From the NCBI GenBank assembly GCA_964016885.1, contig OZ024741.1:238514001-238578000 (forward strand): a stretch of DNA of 64,000 nucleotides, in the 5' to 3' direction. The notes beneath the pieces are model-generated. The model searched no databases, was not told the origin of the DNA, and saw only the letters and a list, made by a program, of their open reading frames with translations. The position numbers were made by a program, and so were the translations under genes. How positions within the stretch are numbered: the stretch's first letter is position 1; each line of letters starts with the position of its first letter. Shown here piece after piece: positions 11,925-25,455 of the stretch. Source of the DNA: Eledone cirrhosa (lineage: Eukaryota).

Positions 11925-12478
11925 TCTATATATAATTATCTATATCTACATACAATATAAAATATTGGAACTTCCATCATCCTTTTGAGAAACGTGGACA
12001 TGCTACTTCTATGCAATGGCACACACTTTACAGCCAGGAGGAGTATGAGCCATCTCCTAGAAGTCACTATTAATGGAGGCAATCATCAAGGAGAAATGCA
12101 TTTATTCCCAAGATTCCTCTTATCCTTTCCTCTACCAAGTTGCCTTTCAAATTCTCAAGACTGTTCAGTGTTAGAGCCTACATAAAACTCAGTTTGAGAT
12201 TTCAAAATTGTAGAATTGAATACAAGAGAATCACTTTTTTTCCCATGGACAGTTATATGTAGGTTTTTCATGATTGGGAACACACAGAAATCGTAATATA
12301 CTATGCACGAACAGTAAAACAAAGAATCTAGTGTATCTGGGAGATTTTTTACTATTTTTTAAATTTTTTGGTCTCACCTCATACAGTAAACCAGACAAAC
12401 ATCCAATACAGTCATTTTCACTTCTACCTGTCTTCTCTTATCTGTTTACCTGGGCAAAGCTGGGAAATCAGCTACTGT
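11925..12478 (+). mobile_element. Helitron relic carrying a Pif1-type helicase C-terminal fragment
   Basis: LCNGT...LEVTINGG..GE...PR, SHGQLYVGFS and TKNLVY remnants, followed by a 3' hairpin and CTAC (degenerate CTAG). Confidence 0.7.
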
Positions 12479-13875
12479 ATGTATATATATATATATATAT
12501 ATATATACACGCACACACATATACATATAGAAGATTAACTTACAGTCTACTATGTTTCAAAATGTCTAGTGCTTATGGAAAAAAAATATATATGATTGTT
12601 GAAACAGAATTAAGTCAATCAGTAAACTAACCTTTATTAAACCTATATATTTAAGTCTACTGCTCGAAGACTTCAGTATTTTGTTAGTATTTGTTCTTAA
12701 GAACAAACATATTAATATATATATATGAAATGTGAAGTCCCCTGTGATATATGTCTACATGGAGTTACAGAGAGACAGCCATGTCACTCTCACCATTAGT
12801 AATAGTGCAGTGCACCATTGACTCACTCATTTGAAACATATAACCAACAACTATATTGCAATATAAAATAAACAAATGAAAATGTGGTGTTATATCTGTA
12901 AAGAATACTCTATTCTTAACTTTGCTTTATAATTATAAAATAATTATTTATTAAGATTATTCTTTATAAGATATAATTGATATAAAATAGTAAAATGAGA
13001 GAAGAAAAATAATGAACATCTATTGAAAATGTGTTTTCACTGAATTGACAGTAGGAAGATCAAAGAATTGAAATCGGGTTGTATTAAGGACAAATGCTTA
13101 ATATGTTTAATTTTCTATTATAGCACATAGATTTATTCAAACAATATCTTTTAAAAGGATATTTTAGCAATATATATAAAGTGATATATTTGTTATATTT
13201 GTCTGTATTTATATCCTCATCTAAATTTATATACAAAACCTTTCAAGATAATTTAATTATTAAAATATGAAATGTAATAAATATTAAATAATATTCCTAC
13301 CCTTGCAAGCAGGGAAAAGCGGACGTAAAATGATGATGATTAAACAAAGGGATTTGGAAGTGAAAACATTAATATTTTCATTGAGAGTATTGGTGAAATA
13401 ATGAAAGAACTGCAATATAGAATGAAAACCAAGTTATTTATTGTTGATAAAATAAACTCTTGTTGAAATGAAATCATTTATATTTTCTTAATCTCGAATT
13501 ATTTACAAACATTCCTGGATGTTATTAAATATTTACCAATAACCAATAACATTCACTATTTTATACCTCCTAATTCTAATATTTTATATTGTATAAAACA
13601 TTATATATGAAACTACTCTATAAACATCTTTTATTAGATTAATGTTTTGTGTAATGACAGGTCTGAAAACTATCTTTGTTGAAGTAACTATACTACTGCA
13701 GCAGTAAATGTTCTTCATAATTGTTTCTACTCATAATGGGGGAATTAATGGCTAGATATTTCTATATCTCTTTACATCCTAGATTCTGTATATTTATCAT
13801 GACAGTTATTATCCATTCCTCATGCTACAATACTTAAATAAATATCACATGAATATCAATTGTGAAAAGACTTAC

Positions 13876-14070
13876 CCACATTATTCAATCCTTTGTCTGT
13901 ATCTTATACAGAAGACATTCATCATGGCGTAGTGATCCAGTGTAACTGCTGCTGTAGTAGTGTCACAATAACAGTATCTTGATGGTATAGATTTGTGAGT
14001 CATAGTGGAGAAGTAGCTTCATTTTAAAGGATTTATTTATTTGTGTATTAAATTTAATTTTTTGTCCTTT
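13876..14070 (-). other. Conserved putative non-coding exon (unit 2)
   Basis: Homologous to 2643-2848 with the same donor and acceptor. Confidence 0.5.
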
Positions 14071-14686
14071 CTAAGAAAAATGTTATATAACTAATTTTTA
14101 ATATACCTTGATCAGTACACATTATTTATTGAATTTTCTCTTAAAACTGATATTTCTAAATTCACGTCTGGAAACATATTCTTAGATATATTCACATACA
14201 CTAACAAGCTGAGTGTTGTAACATATTAAGCTGTTATCCCTGTCATCAACTACTATTTCATACTAACTGTTACTATGAATATTGAATTACAAAATGATTG
14301 TTTATTTAAAATAATGTAAAATTGTAGAATCTTTATAATTTCATCAATTTTGTTATTTAATCATAGTTTTTAAAGAAAGCTTAAAATAAAAAAGTGATAT
14401 TTTAATACTTAAAATATATAGAATGGCAGTATAATTGATAGTGATTTTTTTTCTTCATACATTATTCTATGTACATTTTTCTTTGTACGTTATTCATGCA
14501 CCTTTAAGTTGTAGTGCATCTGAGCACTGTACACAATAACTTTTATTATTATTTATTAGGCTCAGATTCTATCAGGGTTGAATCTAAGATTTATAAGTAA
14601 CTCTGTGTTAATTCTCTAACCTACATCTCCCTTCCCAATATTGTTGAAAAATTCAATAACCTTCCCCTCCAATTATTTTTAAATGA

Positions 14687-14862
14687 GGGTGAATTGTCAG
14701 TATCAGTAGAGGGTCAGATGCCATGCTTTGCAGCATAGTTACGTCCCTTTATGGTCTGAGTTCAAATCCTGCCGAGGTTAACTTTGCCTTTCATCTTTAC
14801 GGGTTCACCAGTAATACACTGGAATAATTGCTGGCCTTGTGCCAAAATTAGAAACAATTATT
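14687..14862 (+). mobile_element. tRNA-derived SINE (same family as 62522-62720)
   Basis: B-box GAGTTCAAATCC with the same body and tail. Confidence 0.75.
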
Positions 14863-15247
14863 TTAAAATGACACCAAGTAAGGTCAACATGATATTTGTG
14901 AATATTTAGTAATTCACTTGTTTCTTTTATATCTTAGGCATAGTTTTAATACAATTAGAAATAAATATATCTAATATATAAATTTTTATTAATTAGTTAA
15001 TATGATTTGTTATTCAATATATTCTTAATAATATAATTTTTCTTTTAATTATATTGAGTATTGATGATAAATCTCAATGTAAAATAATATTTTTAACATA
15101 AAAATTGAAATTCTGATGCACCACCGATACTGCCAATCCACCGCCCTAAATAATAAAATCTGTTTTAATTATGTTAACGGTGATAAATCTCAATGTAAAA
15201 TAATATTTTAAAGATAAAAATTGAAATTTTTGTTAATTTTCAGTTTA

Positions 15248-15336
15248 CTATTTTTTATATACTGGTTCTAAATATGTATCTTGTTCATGTTCACTCTTTG
15301 GTGTTGGAGGTATGTTTGGTTTATAGTTACTGTATT
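15248..15336 (-). CDS. Pcdh: Protocadherin copy 2, terminal coding exon 3
   Basis: 89 nt, near-identical to copy 1 exon 3, ending in TAG. Confidence 0.8.
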
Positions 15337-16100
15337 CTGAAATATAAAGAATTATGTTTTGAATAGCACTTTAAACAGGATATTTGTTGTAATGGTATTT
15401 CAGGAAAAAATATCAAAATGTAGTTTGTAAATTAAATATATACTGATAGTTTGTATTCAAATTTATGTTACATTTAATTCCTTATACCACACCAAATCCT
15501 GATACTGGTTGTATTTTGATAACTTTTTGTTTGAAATAATACAATAAAAATGTAAATATTAAAATTGTATCATTGGTTTTATAATAGTGTTGTGTTGAAC
15601 TTCCATTTGTTCTGACGACAAAAGTTCCAGTTGTTTGATCAATCTCAAATAGCTGAACATTCCACAGATGTACATTATTCTATGTACTATACATGCACCT
15701 TTGATGAGTTGTAGTGCACCTGAGCACTGTACACAATAATTTCATTATTATTATTATTATATGTATATTCTTAATATAGCCCTCAGGGAGATTCAGAATG
15801 ACACAATGTGTAATAAGGCTGGTATTTTGAATCACGGTTACAACTCTATACAACTTATTTTTTACAGCTGATGAGACTTGAGCAATGTGAAATAAAGTGT
15901 CTTGCTCAAGGACATGGGGTGCCATCACAAATCAGCTCTTGACATTATGTGAACAAGCTAACCATTAAGACACATACTTTAATATAATAAATTATCTTAA
16001 TTATCCTGTTTGTTAAAAATATAAAAATATTCTATGTACTATACATGCACCTTTTGATGAGTTGTAGTGCAACTGAGCACTGTACACAATAATTTCATTA

Positions 16101-17956
16101 GTAGTGTTGTTGTTGTTGTTGTTTGTCTTCGTCTTCTTCTTTGAGTCTCAGTCATTGATGTTATTTAACTGGAAAGTTTGTTGAAATGAATATCAAGCCA
16201 CTACCTGCAGCCTCAGACATGCAGGGCATATCGGAGGGTTCTTGCTGTTCCCAGCAAGCATGCCTTTTGAAGTGTTCCAAAAAGTGGGGCTGGAATAATC
16301 TTCTTTAACCATCCTTGGAAACTCTTTGAGATAGTACCTAGTGCGCCTATGACAATCGGGACAACTTTGATTTCATGGCAGTTCCAAATCACTTTTAACT
16401 CCCACTTTAAATCCTGGTATTGGTTAATTTTCTCCCTCTCCTTTTCTTGCACTCTCATGTCAAATGGGCAGGCTACATCTACAATCAGACACAATCTTTT
16501 TTCCTTGTCCAAAACCACCAGGTCAGGCTTATTGTGTTCTAATTTCTTGTCCGTCTGTATCCTAAAATCCCATAGCACCTTCACCTGATCGTTTTGTATC
16601 ACCGACTCTGGCTTATGCTCATACCACTTCTCAGAATGTGGTAAATTGTTTACTTTGCATAGGTGCCAGTGGATCACCCTGCCCATCACATCATGTCTCC
16701 AGCCTTTATAGTGAGTCTGGGCTAGGTGTTTACACTCAGATTCAATGTGAGCCACAGTCTCCTCTCTCCACAGATCCTACACAGTGAGCAAGCCTCCCCT
16801 TGTCAATATGGTGGTTCACCCACTTTGTTCTGAGAGCTTGCTTTTGCGCAGCCATTAGCATTCCTTTTGTAGCTTTTTTAAGGTCTCCTCTTTTTAAGCA
16901 GTTCCATGTCTGTGGATCTCTAAATTCCGTTTTCTTAAAGATGGTACTATGAAGGGATTTTTCATGAAGGTTGCTCTTCCTCCTTGTTGTTATTTCCTCC
17001 TTGGACATCCCCTGGTCTATTGTCCCCTCCTTCAGTACAATTTTGAGCATTGGCTCCCTACTGTCAGCCACATATTTGTGCAGGCTGTTTTTCTCCATCT
17101 GAACACAGCCCTCTATGCTGAACAGAGCCCTCTTCCACCTTCAGATCTCTTTAAGTAGAGTCTATCAACATCACTCCTCTTGTGGAACATGTTGTAGATA
17201 GTCAATAGCTTCCTAGTCTTCCTATCTATTTCTTTTTGTTCAGCAACATTCTCGCACTGTACCTAATAATAAACACAGCTTGGGAATGTACTACACTTAT
17301 GACATTCCTACTATTTTGATGTGATTTTAGTATGTTCCTTACTCTCCTTCATTTTTTTGTTCTTGATGTCATCTGCCTCCAGAACACCTAAATATTTGTA
17401 TCCTTCTTCAGTGTCAATTTCCTTTATCATCTCACCTGTTGGTACCTGGATTACGTTGCTTCTGCTCAATTTACCCCTCTTCATCACTAGGACTCCACAC
17501 TTATTAACACCAAATACCATACATATATCATTGCTGAAAATACGGACAGTGTCAACAAGTACATCAAACTCCTTCTCACTCTTCCCAAAGAGTTTAAGAT
17601 CATCCATGAAGAGGAGGTGGTTGATAGTAAGCTCTCCTCTTCCCAACTTGTATCCTGCTCTCACTTTTCACAATATGATGGACAGGGTATCAGGGCAAGG
17701 ACAAACAAAGGGGACAAACTATCTCCCTGGAAGATACCTCTCTTGATCTTCACGCCTCCCAAGAATTCTCCAGCTGATGTTAACTCTGTTTCCCAGGACT
17801 TCATAACTTTGCTTAATAGCTGTCTGATGTTATCTGCCACCTTGAAGATCTCTAGGCTTTTGATTATCCATGTCGAATGCCTTTTTGTAATCTATCCATC
17901 CCATGGCAAGACCAGTGTGCCTCCTCTTGCAATTCCTCATTACCATCTTATCAATA
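16101..17956 (-). mobile_element. RLE-type non-LTR retrotransposon fragment (R4/Dong-like), degenerate, in intron 2 of copy 2
   Basis: RT motif HLLFMDDLKL and YKYLGV, a CCHC remnant (HIESEC), RHD, and a restriction-like endonuclease (KPDLVVLD...IVDVACP...EKINQY). Frameshifted and abutting (ATT)n. Confidence 0.85.
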
Positions 17957-17958
17957 AG

Positions 17959-18000
<42 letters not shown>

Positions 18001-18258
18001 CAATCATGTCAATGGATTTATAAGGGTCACAGCAAAAATATTCTCTATGTCACTTCTGACAGAAATAATATTGGAATTATACCAACACCATTTTCAAAGT
18101 ATATCCTACTCTCACATGCAACAATCCCTAACACAAAAACATTTGTTCTTTAAATGATTTAAGAAATAATGGAAGGATTTTGTGTAAACATGAAACAAAC
18201 ATAATAAACTTGTAAGAAATTGATATCCCTTTTTTCTTTAATTTATTTTTTAACTTAC

Positions 18259-18412
18259 CCGATATTGTTGTTTTTTGATGCGAAATATCTCCTTCACTCC
18301 ATCCACGATTGCGATCTCTTTGAGATGGTAATGTGCCATTTAGATTGTTTGAAGTCACAATACTGCTGTTGTCACCTTCTTCACAAGATCCATCTATCTG
18401 CTTATTATAGAT
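18259..18412 (-). CDS. Pcdh: Protocadherin copy 2, cytoplasmic exon 2
   Basis: 154 nt (in-frame +3), with AG and GTAAGT boundaries; encodes RDRNRGWSEGD. Confidence 0.85.
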
Positions 18413-19086
18413 CTATCATTGAAATAAGATTTAGATGCATAATTAAGATGTTTATGTGTGTATTTTAATATCAGCAATATTCAAAATAAACAGTGTCTCA
18501 AAAGTCCCCATATATTTGTATAGAAATAAGTACACTGAAATAGTGACATTTGATGCACACAGGAGACCAATATTAATATTATTATATCTAACTAGGCATG
18601 TCAGCAGATTTCTAATCACCTGAATAAAAATACTTCCAAATTACATTTCTTGACAACTAAATAGTAGTAATTCATTTAAAACACATAAAATTGACATGGA
18701 CAGTGATCATTAGAATTATTTCCATTAAAATTCAAATTTTCAATTGTGTATACAAACTGCTTTCAACACCTCAAATTTGACTGTAATTTACTCTGAAAGG
18801 TAATAAAGCCACTAAAATACATGGGGTTTCTGATAATGGAGAAAGACAAAACAGGGAACATAATTCAAGAAGAGAGAAAATGATGGTTGATGTTGCTTTT
18901 GAATATTTGCAAATTGTTGTGAATAGAAAGCAAGAATCTGGAAGAGAATTCCATAGGCAAGATATTTTTAGATTACAAGTAACTCATTAAAAGAAATAGG
19001 AAAAAATAAACATGAAAAACTAATAGGGAGAAATATTCATAACGTTTAAATTTTCATTGACAGGCAAACAATTTTGTTAACTGTAC

Positions 19087-21486
19087 CTGTGGAACTGGTG
19101 GTAGTCTTCTGGGTGTGGTTGAGAATTTCCAGTCATTGGTTAACTGTTCCATCTCTGGATAATATGGACTTTTAGGGTTTATTGACTGAAGATTTCTAGC
19201 AAACATATCGTCTGCATTTCTGGTTATTGCAACAGGATTGTTGGTGTGATACAGTATTTGTCTCATCTCAGTCGGAGATAGGAATTTTGGATTATCTGCT
19301 GTTGTAGGTGAGTTATTGGTGTGATTAATACATCTGAAAACACACAGTGTTATTGACACTACAATAGCCACAGATATTATTACAGCTGCTGCTACAATGA
19401 TAATTACCCAAGTCATATTGAGATTGTTACCAGACTGTAAGTGGACAGCATTCAACATTGGAGATGTATCATTACTAACAAACAGTGTTAGTATGATAAC
19501 AGTTGTTGCTGATTGAACTGGAGTACCACCATCTTTCACTATAAACTGTAGGTCATATGTTCCTGCATCATTTTGGTAAACTGTCTGAGAGAAAGATAAG
19601 ACACCAGTGTGGGAGTTGACTGTAAACAGGTTTTTATCATTAGATCTCAGTATTCCATATGTGAGGAAAGCATTGTTTCCAGTGTCTTTATCAGAGGCTT
19701 TCAGAATTGTGATGTCTTTCTTACTGTGTGGATGGTAGTGGACATCTAGATTGTAAGGGTCATTAATAGGAAAGGTTAAATAGGGAGCATTATCATTTTT
19801 ATCTAGAATCTCAATAACAATATTGGCAGTGTTATTCAGAGAAGGTGTTCCATTATCTTTGACTAAAATCTGGAAGTTATAGATGTCTTTCACTTCCCGA
19901 TCTATTGACTGTGATGTAGAAATAAATCCATATTTTGTAAGTTGGAAAGGAATGTTATCATTATTGTTATCATTGATGATAGAATATGTGAGTTGACCTC
20001 CATCTTCAAGATCAGGGTCTGTAGCATTGATGAAGCCAATAGGGAAGTCAACTTTCTGGTTTTCATAGGTGAGGAATTGGAATGTATCTTTGGTAAAATG
20101 TGGGTGTACATCATTAACATCAGTTACTTTCACTGAGAATTGTTTCTTAGTCTTTAACTGAGGTGATCCCATGTCATGACATACAATAGATACAACATAG
20201 TGGTCTATAATTTCTCTATCAAGAGGTTCTTTCACCAATATTTTATATTCTTTAGAACCCATATTAGAAAGTTGAAACATTTTATGGTGAATATTACATT
20301 TAATTTGTCCATTAGGTCCACTATCAGTGTCAATGACCATAACATAAGCTATAAAACTACCAATTTTACTTGCTTCCGAAATAGCTGTAGAGGTCTCTGT
20401 TAAAGGTGACACAAAATCTATATTTATAGATGGAGCATTATTTTGGTTGTTAATTACATTAATAATTAACATTGTCATAGAGCTTAATGGGGGGTTTCCA
20501 CCATCCCTGGCTTCAATATATAATTGGTATTTACTTTCTTTATTTCTAAAAAAGTTATCATTGATATAAATATTTCCAATTTTCGGATTTAATTTAAATT
20601 GTTTTCTAGCATATTTATTTGTATTTCTGTGTAAATAGTAAGTAATATTTCCATTTTGACCAGAATCTTTGTCTGTAGCTGATACAACAAACACAGGAGA
20701 AGATCTATGATGTGTATCACTGATGGTGATATTGTATGTTTGTTGAGAAAACATTGGTTGATTATCGTTGACATCTATAACAGATATTTCTATGTTTAGA
20801 ATTCCTTGTTTTGATGGTGAACCACCATCTTTAGCAATCAATTGTAACATGTAGGTGTCTTTTAATTCTCTGTCTAACATTCCCCCTAAGGTTATTTTAA
20901 GTAGATTCCTTCCATCAAATCCTTTAAACATGGTCAATGAAAATTTCTTACTTTTATCTTTGAGTCGATATGTAATGTTAGAATTGAGAACACCAACGTC
21001 TTTATCAACAGCATTTGGTATTGATACTGTCGAACCTTTTCCATCTCTTTCACTAAACTCTATTTTAATTTGATCATCTGGAAAATCTGGGGAATGGTCA
21101 TTGATGTCTTCTATAAATATTTTTATTTTCAATATCTTTATAAATGTTTCTTCTTTCCTCACTGCTACTTTAACAATTCTGGAACATTCCTTGTTATATG
21201 TACACAGAGACTCAGCATCCAGTGTCTGTGTAGTGTATAGTTTTCCTGTGTTGGTGACATTGAATAGGTGAGAACCACTTGACACTGTCCTTTGTAGTTG
21301 TGTAAATGTAATGAGAGTGTGTTGTTGATGTGTAAGAGAGTGTGTTAAGTTAGAATCAACAGTAATGTCTCCTATATAGGTGTGAGGACTGTCTTCTTCA
21401 TTGACATGATATGTAATGTCTATGGACACAACAGAATACATCAGTCCACAGAGAAGGTAAAACTTTAGGCTATTGTTGTCGTTCAT
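19087..21486 (-). CDS. Pcdh: Protocadherin copy 2, large coding exon
   Basis: 810-aa ORF with six cadherin repeats and a TM segment. 800 codons run to a CAG|GTACAG donor. EC2 patch is divergent. Confidence 0.95.
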
Positions 21487-21829
21487 CTTTGTAATTCTTC
21501 ATTATTCATGGATTCCTCCGTCTAGAAAGAAAGAAAATGCTGGAGTTAATCATCAATCATATATTAAGATTTCAATAATGAGAAATGTATGTTACTTGAC
21601 ATATGACACTTATTATATAGTTGTTATTGTATGAAGACTTTGTGATATTGTAAATTATTAGATTTAGTAAACCAAAAATTGAACCTAATCCAAAAGAAGT
21701 TGATGCAATAGAAAACCATTAAAAAAATTAGGAGAGGTATTTTAGCAAAAGAGATACTGAATGGAAAGGAGTTTCATATCTAATAAACTAAAAGAAGTTG
21801 ATATATTAGATTGGCAGTAGAAATGAAAA

Positions 21830-23577
21830 AAATAGGAGAGGGTATTCTATCAATAAAGAAACTGGAATGGGATGAAGTTAGTTCAAGTCCAATATCAGTA
21901 AAGAGTCACTTCAAGTCAAGTATCAATAAGAATACAACCTTCCCTGATGTGGATGCCAACAGTGAGCTGGATTTGGTTCTGATGACACTGAAGCTTAAGC
22001 TGAAAAGGATCCATAAAAAAGGAGCCACATATATTAATTTTGTTGTAAACTAACTCAAAGATAATAACTTCAGTAATGTTTGAGGTGAACATATATGTGA
22101 TGTTTGCAGTCCTCAATCTTCTAGTAGAAGATATAAATTTCTTGACCAACAATATCAAGGTAGCACTTCATGAAACTGCTAGAGGGAAGAAGAAAAAGAA
22201 ACTATGGATCACTGATAACATCTTGGTCATTTTTTATTTAAGATGGGACCAGAGGAAGACCAAGTAAATATGTCTGTAGGCTGTGAAAAGGAATATCAAG
22301 GAGAAGCAAAAGAGAAGTGGATAACAGACCAGAGTAAAATCATTGAAACTCGGATAAAAAATAGGACAACAGCATGGTTGCTTTTGAAACCCTCAAAATG
22401 AAAACAAAGTAACACATTGTTACTGCAATTAAAGCAAAGCAGGTTTACTCCTCACTATTGTCATCAAAATATGGTCTCAGATATGATACCAACATTCTGG
22501 ATAATTCCACCAACAAGAATAGAGAACTTGGGGATACTTCAATTCTCCAGGAGGAAGTTTAATTAGTCACCCCATTAAAATACTTCTTTCTGTACAGACC
22601 TGAGGGAAAGGCAAAATAAATTTTTACAGAACAGGCAGGATTCAGGCCTAAATATAGTACAGATATTTAACATCATACTGCTAACCGAGAAACATCAATA
22701 GCGCCAATCTGACCCCTACTATAACTTCATAGACTTTAAGAAAACCTTTTGCCACCTTTGGCACAAGGGTTTGTGGCAGATGATGAAGAATTACAACTTC
22801 AAAAGCAACATGATCTAAGTATTCCAAGCACTGTATATAAACTCAAACAATGTGGCTCTCCTGAATAACATCAAAGAATTCTTCAGGACAACAAGGATGT
22901 ACCTTTCTCCTGTACTTTTCAACATCTTTCTGGAGAACATCATGCAAGAGACACTATAAGACTTCAACATATCTGTTTCCATTAGAGGATGGCCAATTTT
23001 TATCCTGCTCTTTGTTGCTGATATTGACCCATTTGGAATCAGTGAAGCAGAACTCCAAGAGTTCACCACTAGACTGGAAAAAATGTCAGGAGCATATGAA
23101 ATGGAGATCAGCTCAGAACAAAGGAAAACTTGAAGAAGTAGACAAAGAAGATAATGACAAGACTTGGTGTGAGTGCTGATCTCTTGCAGCTGATGTGGAA
23201 TGAAAAATCCAGGTATTCAAGCAAAAGTGCTTCAGATGGCTGCTATGCATCACCATACACATAACACAGAAGAAACAAGACAACAAATATGCTGGCTGAG
23301 AGGAACCACTTCTTGCGATTGTGAAAAGAAGTAACATCACCTGGTACAGTAAAATATAACATCATAACTCCCTCTCTAAAACCATCCTTCAGGGCACAGT
23401 TGAGGGGAGCTAAAGAAGAGGAAGGCAAAGAAAATCCAAAGACTGGACAGATCACAACACTATGACCTAGCTATACATGACAGAGAATAGAGACTTGTGG
23501 CAACAGCTGACTACAAAAACGTCTAGAGTGGCACCCCAACCACTGGCTGCTTCTGTTGCATGGACCTGATGATGATT
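21830..23577 (+). mobile_element. RTE-clade LINE relic upstream of copy 2
   Basis: Paralog of 8090-9863 (QAGFRP, SPVLFNIFLENIMQE). Confidence 0.75.
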
Positions 23578-23847
23578 AATGGTAACCAGAGACTAGAACT
23601 ATACCCTTCTCACACATGGAAGTTGCCCCAACAAAATCTTTCAACAGAGAATTAGAAATGTGTTTCAAATGTTATCATTGATTATGTGTTTTTGTCCATC
23701 AGAATGAAATCATACACAGCCTGTTTCGTTAACACTTTGTTTGCTGCAACAATGCAACATATTTTATTTCCTTCTTTACACATTTCATGTTTACTTGTAA
23801 GTAACCATTTATTGGTCTTCTAAGGAGCCACGTAACTTGTAGCATTT

Positions 23848-23962
<115 letters not shown>

Positions 23963-24115
23963 ACGAAGGAAGTGTGGTAAGGAACCAGATGGACCATAAT
24001 GTACCAGAGTACTCAATACTTAGGGTAGTAGAGTGGGTAATAGGAAAATGTATAACCCCGACGGCAGAGCTCAAGCCGTTAGGGTTATACATTTTCCTAT
24101 ATAAGTATATATATA

Positions 24116-25455
24116 TGAGGTCTGTCCCAAAAGTAAGTGTACTAATGTTTTGTTTAAATGTATATTAGACATACATGTATTTAAAAATTATCTCCTTCAA
24201 AATATGACCCTTTGGATGTCACACAGTGGTTCCAAAGTTTTTTGCTATTGATTGTAGCAATACTGGAACTCATTTTTTTTACAGTGTCCTTAACTCATTG
24301 GTTACAATTTTTGTATGTTTTCCACAGTCCCAAAATGTTGACCTTTCAAATCCGATTTCAACTTAGGGAAGAGGTAGATATCAAACAGAGCTTGATCTGG
24401 ACTGTAGGGAGGATGTGGGAGAGTGGGAATGATTTGATTTTCTTTGCTAGAAATTCTCTAATTGAAAGTGCTGTGGGAGCATTATTGTGGTGCAGTACCC
24501 AAACACCTACAATGTCTTTTGGGCTTGCAGGACTCGTTTCCAAGACATCTTTGTAGAAGGTGTGATTAACTGTCTGCTTCAAAGTAAAAATTCTTTGTGA
24601 ATAATACCATGGCAGTTGAAAAAATTATGATAACCGTTTTCACCCTGCATCTGCTCTTGTGTACTTTCTTCAGACAAAGAGGATTTTTCGTGTGCTAGTC
24701 CTCACTTTGCCACTTTATATTTGCATCGTATTCAAACACGCATGATTCATCTCCTGTTATTACTTTATCCAAAAAATTTGGTTCAGTTTCGAATCTTTCT
24801 AGCAAATCTTGACAAATTTTCAACCAGTTTGCTTTTTTCTCTACAGACAAGTATTTGGGCATTAGCTTTGCAGAAATTATTCACATGCACAAAGAACTTT
24901 ATGAACTGCATGAACATGAACTTTATGAACAACCAAGTTTGTTTCTTATGCAATCATCCTAACACTTAATTGGTGAACTTTCACTATCACCACTTGCAGC
25001 TTTAACACATTTTCTTCATTTGTTGACAAGATTGGTCTTCCTAACACATTTTCTTCATTTGTTGACAAGATTGGTCTTCCTAAACGAGGTTCGTATTCAA
25101 CATTTTCTTGGCTCTGTTTAAAAGCTTTGTGCCTCTTAAAAATCTTACTTCTCAATAGAATGGCATCTGCATAAGTTTGTGTTAAAGAATTAAATGTTTC
25201 TGTGGCAGATTTGTTGAGATTGACTCAAAATTTGATCACATACTATTCTTCAATATTTTCCTGCCTCACAACGTAACAATTATAAACACGTCTGTACACA
25301 AACAGCAATAGCTCACGACTGACTCAACTGATCATGTTGAAACAACTATGTACACGTAGTCAAAGTCATATCCATATCTATATACATAAACGAGGTGCTG
25401 CGTTATCATGTCGTACATAGGAAAATCAATACCTTTACTTTTGGGACAAAACTCG
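24116..25455 (-). mobile_element. Mariner (Tc1/mariner) DNA transposon, degenerate
   Basis: TA-flanked imperfect TIRs (tgaggtctgtcccaaaagtaa and ttacttttgggacaaaactcg), ~1.34 kb. Transposase remnants include EPRLGRP, WVLHHNNAP and HPPYSPD. Unique to this spacer. Confidence 0.85.

Noticed and set aside
25001-25082. ~39-bp direct tandem duplication
   Set aside because: It is a slippage duplication inside the dead mariner transposase.
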